DNA of 64,000 nt from Chrysomallon squamiferum (lineage: Eukaryota; Animalia; Mollusca). This document shows positions 37,050 through 50,400 of this stretch, piece by piece (within the stretch, counting starts at the first letter, position 1; each line of letters begins with the position of its first letter). Position numbers and translations under genes: made by a program. The notes beneath the pieces are model-generated. The model saw only the letters and a program-made list of their open reading frames with translations. It made no database searches and was not told the DNA's origin. The DNA lies in NCBI GenBank assembly GCA_012295275.1, contig CM022667.1, positions 18,662,001-18,726,000 of the forward strand, written 5' to 3'.

Positions 37050-39108
37050 TTCTTCAAAAACAACTGAACTCGGCAATAATCGAATATTTTCGTTTAAAGT
37101 CGGTAATTTACTTTTCTTCTCTACCCCTTTTTATTGTCACTAAATAAATATGCATTAATATTAGCAAATATTTAAATGTTATTCTGACATTTGTACTGGT
37201 ATAATCCTGTAAATAAACATCATTCGCAAAGAATCCAGTGAAACATATTTATCACGTTCGTATGCTGAATTTCAGCTGACTAGTGTTATTATGGGGGGGG
37301 GGAGCGGGGAAGCTATGTTATAACATTCTAAGGCATAAGCAGCAAGTAAACAACACACACACACAGTCCCATGGAAATAGTAGAGTTATCAGTTTTCTTT
37401 TACTGCTCGTCAGTGAGAAAAGCAACTGAGTGCTCGCAGCATGTGTATGGATGTATTTACTAGCTGTGTGTATAATATATGCAGAAAAAGATTATGAATT
37501 CATTATCGTTGGCTATACCACTGTCAAATAATGACATTTTTGTAGGGTTTTTTAATAGGCATTAACTTACAAATTTCCAGAATGTCTAACAATTATCCAT
37601 CCACTTCATTATTGCTTATAAGTTTTGTTTAAAAATAGAAATGAAATAACTTGTTAAGAATAATTTGATAAAAACCGAAACGACGTGAATTCGGTAATCA
37701 ATAACATCAGTGAAAAAGAGTTAAATGTGACAAACAGAAAAATAATGTTAATAAGTTTATCCTGTGATTTATTTAACGTGATATTAAGTTATTTCAGAAA
37801 TATTTTAATTATTTATTCGCTTCAAACCAGTTATTTACCAGTGAAACTTATATCGAAACCAATTTGAAGGTAAATATGAAATAAACTTCTTTATTTATGT
37901 TTTCATAGTGTCATAATGCAGCTTAAAAGCAATATTTCTAATCATAATCGTTCGTAACTAGCGAATGGTTGAGTTTAACAACTTAGCAACATTTTGACTG
38001 ATTTTGGTAGTAGACTTATATACAGCTATAAATCTTTTTAAAAATTAAAAAATAAAAGGAAAAACGGGGGAAAAGGTTTAAAACAACAATAATAAAATAA
38101 TCAGTACCGAAATTACAAACAAAATTTCATATTATGCTTAAGCGGGTGCTAGCACATAAGATTTAATTGTCAATATTACAAATAAAAGTTACGAACGCAA
38201 CTATTTGTTATTTAAATTTCAAGACGATGTTAGTCACATTTAGACATTGTAAACCTCTGAAAATAATTAAAGTCAAAAGTGATAAAGCCTTAAATGTTAT
38301 ATATAAGTTAAATTTAATTGAAAACCGCTATATTTCGTCTTCTCTAATTTTTCAAAATCATTGAGCGAAATTTTTGATGCTTTAAGAAAAAATGGAAATC
38401 ATATTTTATAAATTAAAATGAGAGATAATTTCTTTCACGTGCGAAACCCGTACGGACGCGCAGTCATAAGTCTTTGTAAACATACATGTATTTTCTGAAT
38501 AAAAATTTAAGCATTTCTTGACAGAAGTGCCCAGTATGATTACAGAGATCGATGAAATATTACAAATAATAGTTATAATGGGTAAGCATACGCACATACG
38601 AGATGAAAAAAGGGAATCGCATCATGAATAAGACTGACAGAATTATAAATAAATAAAGGAATATGTACTTTTAAAATAATAAGAAGAAGAAGAAGAAGAA
38701 GAAAAAGAATAAAAAGAACCATCTTCACATACAAATTATTATTTTAGTATATGTGAAAAACATGTTCGTAATTAAGCGTACCATTGGTTCTTGATTCACT
38801 TAATCGACACTGAAACCGTTGTTTTTACTCATGACTATGACTATGTGGCTTAATTATATTTGCAATTTTTACATATTACTGATTTTTGTTTTGTTTCATT
38901 TGTATTTTTCAATTAATATAAAACATTCTAATCCCTCTAAGCTATTTTAATAATCTAGTCTTTAATCATTCTTTTCAGGTTGTAATAATTATAAACAATT
39001 GAAAAGTAAATGCAAGTGAAAAATACCACCTCCTATTCAGTTTGGGTAATAAAAAAAAAAAAGAAGAAAGAAAGAAAAGAAATAACACGTAAAACTATTT
39101 TGAACAAT

Positions 39109-39113
<5 letters not shown>

Positions 39114-39163
<50 letters not shown>

Positions 39164-39234
39164 GTTTGCCAGAAAATAGTGTTCAGACAGGTGGCCGTAA
39201 TTAATCCCACAATTCCATTCTTTGCGCATGCTCA
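39114..39234 (+). promoter_or_regulatory. TAF4 proximal promoter: (GA)n tract, ZNF143/Staf-like site and NRF1-like site
   Basis: (GA)n at ~39114-39159. AATCCCACAATTCC at 39203-39216. TGCGCATGCTCA at 39223-39234 has one mismatch to the NRF1 palindrome TGCGCATGCGCA. The ATG is at 39266. Confidence 0.5.
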
Positions 39235-39265
39235 ACTTCAGTCTAAAATTTGGCGAGCTAGGGAA

Positions 39266-41445
39266 ATGGCGGATTCAGATTCTATAGAAGATTTTCTATC
39301 ATCTGAGCTAGATGAGTATGAGGTGAATGCATTAGTTGACTCTTTAGAGTCCCAGTTAGCTTCTCCAACAAATAAGGAACTACCAAGAACGATATCAGAT
39401 AGTGCTGTAAATAACAATCATATAGAAAACACATCAACAAGCACTACCACTGCTTCTTCAGTTTCCCCTTTCTCTCAAAATATCGCTATCGTAGGTTCTG
39501 GTCATAAAATAGTGTCACAGCATAACAACAGTGTTTTGAGTTCACCAGTTAATTCGGGTGTAAAAGGCAATACGACAAAATCACAAATTATTGGTATAAA
39601 TTCTATAGATTCTCCATTAACTAGTGCTGGGGGTACACTCCATGCGAATGTAAACACTATCAATGTCAATGCAGTCGTTTCTAATAAACTTCCAAATACC
39701 TCACATGCGGCACATACAACGGGGACTCAACATAATAATGTAATCAGCACAAATGTTCCACATGTTCTTGCAAATATAGGAACATACATGAATAATATTA
39801 GTAATAGTGATGTGCGAACAGTTTCTTCAAACAGTGTTACGAGCACTAATCAGAATGTCACTCTTGGCAGTACAGCCAGTCACACAATGCATAATTTAGC
39901 TAGCATGGCATCTGAACAAAAACCAATGAAAAACACATCTAATGGAAGTCCTCATCAACAACATGTCGTGTACCAGGTCAAACAGGAATCTTCTAATGTG
40001 CTTATTAATAAAAATGACAGCACTCCAAATTCATCATTTGTTCTTAAGAGGGAAGTGAAACAAGAACATTCATTGAATAATATGACACAGTCAAGCAGTC
40101 CTGGAACTATTCTACCAGTTGGGTCTCAGATTAGTGGTCAGAGTGGCAATGTACAGATTGTAAATACAACCATCAAACAACCAGGTACCACCAACCCGAA
40201 TGTAATCACTGTAAGGGCACAGGCTCCACATCAGCAAGTTACAGTTGTGAGACCACCACAAACACAAATTGTGAATCTTAGCACAGTCTCACCTGCAGGT
40301 CCCAGACCTCCAGGTGGTGCTTATTCCAAAACAGGTCAGCGTGTTGTGACTCCAATACGAATAGCAGCACATCAGCCTCAGATCAGTATTGCACCAAGAC
40401 AGCCAGGAGCAACATCTGTGAGTATATTGTTTATTACATTATCTTTTTAACTGATATTGGAAGTTTAAACTATTGTTTAAAAAGTATTTTAACTGTAGAT
40501 AATTCCTGATTGGATTTGTACCTAGTTATTGTGTATGTATATGCATATAATTAAATTAAGATTATATTTGTATTCTTGTGAATCAAGTTAATAAACTTTG
40601 AAAAGAGAATCAGCTAAAGGGTACATTTTTGGATATTGTATGTCTGCTGATAAATGTTAAATAGTCATAAAGTTTTTAAAACTGAGTTTTCTGTAAATTA
40701 TTATTATTTGTTAACAATCTTCTATCTCGTTCATTTACAGATTTAAAAAACCCAAATAAAACATTTATTGATTGCATTAAATGTATCAAGGATTCACAAA
40801 ATATTTTAAAAATTGTTGTTAATATCTGGTTTACTGTGTGTCCGAGTTCACTGAAGTTAAGAAGCTCAGACTTTGTTCAGTAAAATTCATTAGTTCCTAA
40901 ATAACTGAAATGGATCAGGATATTCCAGAACAAATTTGATTATTTTAATTAAATGATGCCTTTATTATAGATGCTTGCATAACTTTAAATTGAACATAAT
41001 CAATGCTAAAGTGAAAAATATTTGTTTTCACAATATTTATCTAAGTCAAATATAATTGTGAATAGTCGCTTTAAAAGTGAAAAACAAAAGAATTGAAATA
41101 ATAAAATATCACAGATTATTGGAAAGTAGTTTGTAGGATTTAAGCATTTTAAGACACTTGTTGGCTATTCGTTTTAGCATTGAAAAGACACATTTTGTTT
41201 CTGTTTACTGTGTAAAGTAACTGAATAACACCTTTCAGACAATGTCATTTGATTTCTAATTTAATAGAGCAATAATATTAGTAATACATGTAAGCTAAGT
41301 GTAATATAATATGTAAATCAATTTTATGCAATATTTATTATCCATATAATTTTCATTAATGTTCTGTTAAACAAGCATTAGTTGTTTTGTATTGTGTGGT
41401 GCAGAATGGTCATGATTGAGCCTTTACTTGTCAGTTTTTAATGCC

Positions 41446-41483
<38 letters not shown>

Positions 41484-44400
41484 ATACATCCACACACACA
41501 TACATGTTATAATTAATTATAGACTTCTGTTTCATATTTTGAAGACAACAATCTCAATTAATGAGTACTTGTACTTTAAAAAAAAGAAGAAAAGAAACAG
41601 AAGACCTATTAAACATTTTTGATTGTTAGAAAGTTTATTTATGACTCAGTTGCTTGCATTTTTAATGTCTATTGTCACAAAATTTGAAATGAAATGTATA
41701 TCTGTATACAAGATAAATTTATAAACTAATTGTTATCAGTTTCATGTATTGAGTTCTGCTTTGATATACATTGGAAAATCTGATCAAGTAACTGAGCATC
41801 ATCAAACAGTTGACTGTTTATGTGGTAACATTACAAAATATATTTAAAAAAAGGGAGATAATGGAAACTGGTGTAATATTTGAAAAAGATATTATTACTA
41901 TATTTGTTGTTAGAACAAAATTGTCCAGGTGAAAGAATAAATCATGTAAATATACCAAATATATATTTAAATCTCATCTTTTAACTACCATTAAATGTAC
42001 ACTTGTATATGTAAGTATATGAGTACACTAAAACTATATTTATGTTGTAGATACTGAAAGACTGGCTAATTCAATAAATAATATTGACAGGATTGAGAGA
42101 TAATATTAAAGCCCTTAACCAATTTTTTAAATATACTTTTACAGCTAGTAACAGAATTCACACACACACACAATCTCACATACACATACACACATTTCAA
42201 ATCCACATTACCATAACAAAAATAATTTTGCCTAATTTTAGGTTAATTCAAGACCAGACAGTGAAATTTGTTCTTCATTTATATTGTGTATAAGTAAAGT
42301 TGATTATCATTTGACCTAGATCTTCTGGAAGTTCAGTGTTGGTTCAGACACAGATATCATGTTGAGACTTTTGATTCCATAAAAGATTAACACAGACTAA
42401 AAAACACTGGAGGAGGAATTACAAATAAGTCATTCCAAATTACATCAAGTTTCTTAAATTTTTCACTGCTGCATTATCCTCAATTGCCACTTATTTTCAT
42501 TTCATAAATACTAGATATCACACTTTTTGTGTATATCATTTCTAAGAAATTTTAAATTTAATTCTGTACATAAGAAAATAGAATTATTATTTTTCTTGTA
42601 GTATTAATAAAACCAATTGTTTTTTTTCTTTATAATTTTTAAGACACTGGCTTAAATTTCAGAATACCATCACTCTTCCTTCTGGTTTTCAACTACCTCC
42701 TGGAACTCTTCTCATGAGAAATGAGCAGGGTCAACTAATGTTGATTTCTACTACAAATCAAGGAGGTACTGGACCACAGACTGCTACAAAGATACAAACT
42801 GTAAGAGTAAGTAAGAAAAGAAAAAGAAAAGAAAAGCCCATTAAAATTGTATTTATATTACACTGACATAAAATAACATTAATTAACTTCTTTACTACCA
42901 AGATTGTTTATCAACATCAATGGTATGAGTTCAGACACATATGTTAATTTGTCTTTAGCACAGACTAAAAATACTGGATGAAGTATTAGGAATAAGTCAT
43001 TCTGACTTCCGTCAAGTTTCTTATAAATAAATGAAAATATGTAGATCTAGTCATTGACTAAAGAAAATGTTAGGGGTCCTGAGCTATGCAAAAATGTATA
43101 TTCTTTAGTTATAAATGTATCTTGTTATCAGTTTCATGTATTGAGTTCTGCTTTGATATAAATTGGAAACTCTGTGGCATATCACACTGAAAACTGCTAA
43201 TTATTAAAATGCTGTGAAGATTCTTCCTTTTGGAATCTAACTATATTTATTATTATTTTTTAATTTATTTTGGAGTTGTCAGATCATGCACTTTTTCTGT
43301 CAGTGGGTTACAGTGGGGTTTTTTACTTAGCAGAAACCATTTTTGTTATGTCACTATAATACTATTGTATATAATTATGTAAACAAAAAATGTATAATTT
43401 ATAATTTCAGCCAGCAACCACACATCCAAGCAGCAGGCCAGCTGGTGTCCAGTCTGTTGTTACTGTACAGCAGGGTCATGCTCGTCCACATCAACCAACA
43501 GTGCTGCAACATCCTACTCCAGTAGGTGGTGCTCATCCCACCAGTTCTCCTCATAACATACAGTTGGTTGGGGCACCACAGGCTGTAACAACTACTACAG
43601 CTCAGCTGGGTAGGTTTAGCTTCTTTTTCAGTAAAGTTTCTCTTTTAGATAGTAACAGAAATCAGTATAATACCTTGAGGTGATATGCATATATATGGAT
43701 TCAGTAATTAAAATCTTCAATCAAGTTTACCCTAATTTTTGTTTTTGTTGTGCTTTAAATTTTTTACGAAAACAATATGCATTTATTTAATTAATATTGG
43801 TTAAAATATTGGTGTATATTATATTTTATAAATATAATTTTGTGTATTATATATATACACATTCATTGTAATCACATGAAAACTAATTTTTGGAATGGAT
43901 CTCTTGTAGAGAAAAGGACAGGATGCTTTTTTAAATCATGTTCAAGCATTATTCACAATTAATGCACATCTTTTTATAATTACTATTAATAATGAAGTAA
44001 TATCTGCAGACTCTGAAAGTTTCTGGAACTGTATTATTAATACTGTTTTCTATGTTAAAGGACATTATTATTATTTTTTCTTTATTAACATGATTATTTT
44101 GTTTTTACTGTTTTGTTATTGTTATTTTTTGCAGGTCAATTACCACTTCCTCTTTTAGAGAATGTTAAGAAATGTAAAAACTTTCTTTCCACTTTGATAA
44201 AACTAGCATCAAGTCAGCCTGCAGAAACTGTGCGCAATGTCCGAGACCTTATTCAAGGTTTAATTGTAAGCCGTTTTAAACATTTTGATCTTACTATTAT
44301 TTTTTCCACTTATGAAAGAATTGGTTCAGTTAGTTTTCTTCTTTAAATAAGATAGAGACATCAGACAAGTTTATTTTTCAAAGAAGCAAAACCTGTTTAA

Positions 44401-47400
44401 AGGTTCAAGATGTTGACATCAACATGATCAGCAAAGTTTGTTACAGTATTATCTGTAAATAATCATGTGATAATTTATATTTAGTTTGACATGTTGGTAA
44501 CTTTACTATTTAATTTTTTTTTTCAGGATGGGAAAGTTGAACCAGAAATGTTTACAGAAAGGTTACAGGTTGAACTGAAGTCATCTCCGCAACCCTACTT
44601 AGTGCCCTTTTTAAAGGTAAATTTTGTGAATGAATGACATCTGCAGATATTCTGTTTGAAGACTAAATTAGCTTAAAGACATTTCATTTATAAGTGTTTA
44701 TAAGTATCTATAAACATTGTTTGCAACGAAATACTGATTTTATATTTTAATATTTACCATATTTTATTATGAAAGACATTAGTATTCTCTGTTTATTACA
44801 TTATCATTATCATCCGAGGGAAAGGTGATTGGTGACAAAAATACAGATATTTAAAGGATTTTCTTTTTTCTTGAAATCTGTGTTAAAAATGATTTCTTAT
44901 ATTGCAATTTATTTCTTTTTTCTAGAAAAGTTTGCCTTTGTTACGGCAGTGTTTGCTAAATAATAAAATGACCATTGAAGGGGTGCGGGCACCCCCTCCT
45001 GAAGTTCTCAACCAGATGCAACACCAGGCAATACAACCAGTGCCTAGTACATTACAGCAGCAGATGCAACCTGCCCAAAGATTACAAATCCCACACAACA
45101 TACATGTAAAGGTAAGGTTGAAATTTATGTTCTCATTTCATTTAGATAATTATAAAGCCCCAAAAAAATACCTCCTGCTACATACTGAAATAATTAATAA
45201 CTTGAAACATTCAGTAAGGTGACTATAAAAAAAATTAAGTAAATTGTTTGATTTGATCACAGGGAGTTACTTCTAGCACACAGCTAGTGTAACACATTAT
45301 GATTATACATTTATTTAGTAATGGCAAAGGTTATAATTAATAGATTATTAATTTTATTACGCTATAGGAATCACTGATTATCTGATATTTGCAAACCAAT
45401 ATGTATTTTATTTTTTAAAAATGCAGTCAATTTTGGTAGCCATGCAATAATTTAAGTTGATATTTAATAATAATAATAATTTTATATATATATATATATA
45501 TATACACCCCTTTTTTTTATTCTTTTCAAAATGAAGTCAAAAATTGGTGGTCAGTCCATCACTACATCTCCACACATACAGATCCGACCAGGCAGCAAAT
45601 CAGTTCCTGTACAAAGCTGTTCACAGGTTGTACAGCCACTGCAACGAAACAAACCAAACATAGTTGGTTCCCTGCCGTCCACAGTGAATGTTTTGCAGAG
45701 TCGTGTTAAAGTAGAAAACAGTCCAGTTTCAGCACATAAAGATAAAAGAAAATTTGAATCTCTGAAGTGAGTAACATGTTAAAAAAAATGTATAGTATAA
45801 TTAAAAGTATTTGTTAATCAGTTATAAGACAGAGCTTTATTTTTTTGCATCCCACTTTTGCAGCATTGGGAGGGACAGAAACATTCCATGTTAGTCATAA
45901 ACATTATACTCATGACGCCAGGATCTGAAATTAAATAGCAGAGGCAGATTTTTGTTTGTCTTTTCATATTTTGGTACAATGTTTTATTTTAATTTTTCAG
46001 AGATGATGACGACATAAATGATGTGGCAACAATGGGTGGTGTTAACTTAACAGAAGAATCTAAAAACATTTTAGCAACTAATGCAGAATTCATAGGAACT
46101 CAAATCAGATCTTGTAAAGATGAAACATTTCTTTATCATGGTCCATTACTAAATAGGATTCATTCATTAGGTAAAGAAATGTATTTATAAATATGTAAAG
46201 AAATTTATTTGTTTGGAAATTAAGGCATCTTGTTAAAAGTAGAGGTGATTGTGTTTTACAGACTAACTATAAATATTATGAGCTTTTTTAAAGCAATTTA
46301 GCTTTTTAGATATTTAAGCATTTTTCTGATACATTCCTAAAATTAACGATACAATAAAATATTAAAATAAAAACTGAAGTGATACGTATATTTTTATTAT
46401 TATAGCAAAAAAATGTGGAATTGAAGACATTTCTTCTGATGTTGTAAATATTATATCCCATGCTACACAAGAAAGACTCCGTGATGTCACAGAAAAATTA
46501 TCCACAATAGCAGAACATAGAATAGAAATGTATAAGGTAGTGAAAAATTACCATCCACTATTCTGAAATAAGTACTAGGAAAGAATAATTATTTTGGACC
46601 ATTATTATATGTTAGTTTGGTTTATGTTATGTTGAAAAAAATGATGTATTATTTCACTTGAACCTGCCTAATATTATGTATATCCAGTGTTTAAATATAC
46701 TTTATAGTTTTGAAAACTGTGGCAGTATTTTCTTTTAATCTCCAGTCAGATTTGTTATATTTTAAGCAAAACATTTAAAGTCATATTTTTATGTTTTATA
46801 ATTTCTGTTTTGCATGCACATGTAGATTATTTGGCAAATCCTGATGTGCATTTAGATCAGGTTTACTCTTTTTTTTTTTTTTTTAATCTCAGATACAAAA
46901 TGTTTGTAAATATATTTTCTGAATCATTTAATTTCTAAGAATCAGCAAATTAAATAAAACAGGTAAATCATTAAATTTGTCCAGGTTGATCCCAGATATG
47001 AGGTGACATCTGACACCAGGAGTCAGCTAAAATTTGTAGAAGAGCTTGACAAGTTAGAAAAGAAGAGGCACGAAGAACAAGAACGAGAAATTTTATTAAG
47101 AGCTATTAAGGTAGCAATTTAATTTCATGTTTATTATTAATAATGATATATGCATGCTGGTTTATTTACTGTGTCACTCTGAAAATCATTTTAAAAAAGA
47201 CCCTAATTAATTTTATGTCAAAAAAGAAGGAAAATATTTAAAAAAAGTATATATGTTTTTTGAATCTGAATTAATGTATAATGGTATATATTTATTAAAA
47301 ATACCCAGTTTCACATATACACACACAAAATAATTTTTGAAATTTAGAATGTAAATGTTTATTTAAATTAGCATTCATTGTTAAAATTTTTATTTATTAT

Positions 47401-50400
47401 TACAGAGTCGGTCAAAAAATGAAGATCCAGAACAGTTAAAATTGAAACAAAAAGCAAAAGAGGTAAGAATGTCCTTATCCATCACATAATGATTGATAAA
47501 ATAATGTAGCATTTTTAGATTTTTGACAACACTAATTTCATTATTATTATTTTGATATTTATCACATCAAATAATACATTGATAAACTCTGACAGTACTT
47601 CAAAACCAATGCTTTATTAACTGTTATTTTTGTTTAAAATGACAAAGTGTTTTAATATATGTCACAACCCTTATTTCATTAATTATTTCAGTATTATCAG
47701 GTCAAATTATAATTAATAAATGATAAATTGTTTTATATACATTATTATTTTAGTACTTTTTGTGTGAAGTAATGATTAACAAAATAATAAATACTACTTT
47801 AGAGATATTTGAAAATGCTATTTTGTTAATTATTATTTTTTCATATTCCACTATTTTGAGTTTGTTTTTCTTTAACATAAGGTATTATTTTTATTTTAGG
47901 AATATGAATTTAAAAAAATAATAAAAAATATATTTTTATTTTAAACAGCTGCAGGCAGCAGAAATGGAGGAAATGAGACAGCGTGAGGCAAACATGACAG
48001 CTCTGGCAGCCATAGGTCCTCGGAAAAAACGTAAACTTGAAGTACCAGGACAAGGAGTAAATATAATTATAACTTTATTTAAATTGTCCAGCATGTCATA
48101 TTATAACTGAAGTTGAGTTCTTCTGATACAAGCATAGGACATTGTTTAGCTTGATAATTGTAATATCATGCAGTTCTGATACATGAACATTGTGAGTCAC
48201 AATAGTCTCAGAAAAGAACAAAATCTTATCATGTGTCACTTGCCTGGTGACTGAAAATTTCCACACATTATGTATCAAAATGCAAATAACTAATATTTGT
48301 AAGAAACTGGGAAATTATTTTTCATTCATTGTTTTCCACTGGTTCCTATTAATATCTAAACCCATTTATGATATAATAGCAACCACTTCCCCTAATTGTC
48401 AACTATTCTGAAAGTATTAGCAAAACCTCGTTCAAGTAAACATATTTGTCGGTTCCAGTGGTGTGCAGAGGTCTGGTGATGCCCAGAGCCAACTCCTTGA
48501 TTGTATGCCCCAAGTATACAGCATAGTACTGAGAAATATTATGAGAAAAAAAGATATTTTGAATATGTAAACACAGATGAAACACAAAATAAACACTTTA
48601 TTAAATTTAAATATAAATCAACCAAATGTATTACGTTTTTTTTATCTCTGATTAGATGCCCAGGGCCACTATCCCTTCAGCCCTCTCTCTGCATGCCACT
48701 GGTAGGTTCAATAAGAATACTTCAGTCATGTCTGTCTCAGGCCACTAAGGTTTCTGAATTAAATAGTGTTGAAATATTTTTTTTTTCTTATGGAATATGT
48801 CAAGTCTACCATAGCAAACACCCAGTCATCAATGCACACAGTGTCAATAAAAGCTATCACGGCCTGGGAGTGTGCAGGTGCTGTGAGATGTTCATAATAA
48901 TTGAACTCTTGACAGGTGACCTGTCAACAAACATATTTTTATTCATCTTTACCATTAATCTGTTCCAGCCATCCAAAAGCACCCCCTTTTTCTTTTTTTG
49001 AAACATGATTTTAAATCAGAAGAAAGTATTTATAAATGATAAATTAATAAAACAAATAAAAGAGAATGTAAAGAAATAAATTGGTTTTGTACAGTGTATT
49101 TATCTTGGAGATGAGACAATTTATTTTAACGCCTTTGGTTGGAGCTACATCCAGTGTATACATGTTTACATCTAATGCCATTCTTCATGAAATTGCTTAA
49201 GCTTCTTTTCATTTATTGTTTGAATTGCTTAATAATCAGAGAAACAATTTTTTTGCAGTGTTTTTAAATAACAGTAAGAACTGACTGAACACTAGAGAAA
49301 ATCTATTATTTAAATGAAAAATAAACTATTTAGCTATGTTTTATGTAATAAGTAGTAATAAAATATAAACAAAAATAAAACATTTTCATTTATTTGAAAA
49401 ACCCAATAATAAAAAACAAAGTTTTATCAGTCATTTCTGGCACTGGTTTTTTTTTTTTTTTTCCCTTCTCTTATGTGAGTGTGTGTGTGTGTGTAATTTT
49501 CTGATAGTTACTCATAACTGGTTATTAATTTTGGCTGTCTTTTTATATTAAATGCCAGAAAAGAGCCACGAATTGTTTTCTGTTAATAAAATAACATACA
49601 TAATATTTCTGTTAATATTTTTTCTTCTGTTTTACACACACACACACATACACACACACTCCAACATACATGCACAAGGAACTATGTGAAAATCAGCCTT
49701 TGACTAGTCTGGATTTCTCTGTAAATCAGCACCATTTAAAAATCCCATCCAGTTGTTGTTAATTTATTATGAACAAAACGCTGTGTAATCCAGATGCTCT
49801 TTACATTGGATTCTGGGTGTAAATTACAGAACAAAAGAACAATTTATATAGTAATTAACTCTGTCAACAGATTTAGTGACAAAAGCAGAAGTCTGCATAA
49901 ATATGTATGGCACACAGTATCTGACCATCACATAGTGACCATTACTGGCAGTTGTACGAAACCAACATTTCAGCAGAATGAAAATAAGTAATGACCAGCA
50001 AGTTAAAAAAATCTGAATGGATTGACAATACACACAGTGATCCAGTAAGCAAAATTTTGTAAACTGACATTATTTTAAAAAAATAAATTAAAAAATAGTC
50101 TTTTGTTGCTATAACCAAAAGCAGATTTTTGCAACTAATGTTAAACATGAAAGTCATGACAGAGGAGTTTGCTTTGAAGATAAATAAAAAAAAAACACAG
50201 CCATCTATGACAGACTGTTTCTCATGTGATACCCAACATTTAACTATAACATTTGTAGTAAAACATGTTTCAATTTCATGTTTAAGCTTTATAAACAGGA
50301 TCTCTCATAGGTCCACAGTGAATTGACACACATACATTTTTTTCTTTCTGCTTATATTTGATATAATACAGACATCTGTTTAAATTATTTACTTTATTAT

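Noticed and set aside
39179-39265. N-terminal extension of the TAF4 ORF in the ORF track
   Set aside because: It starts at a GTG and runs through promoter motifs; the ATG at 39266 precedes the conserved TAF4 N-terminal motif.
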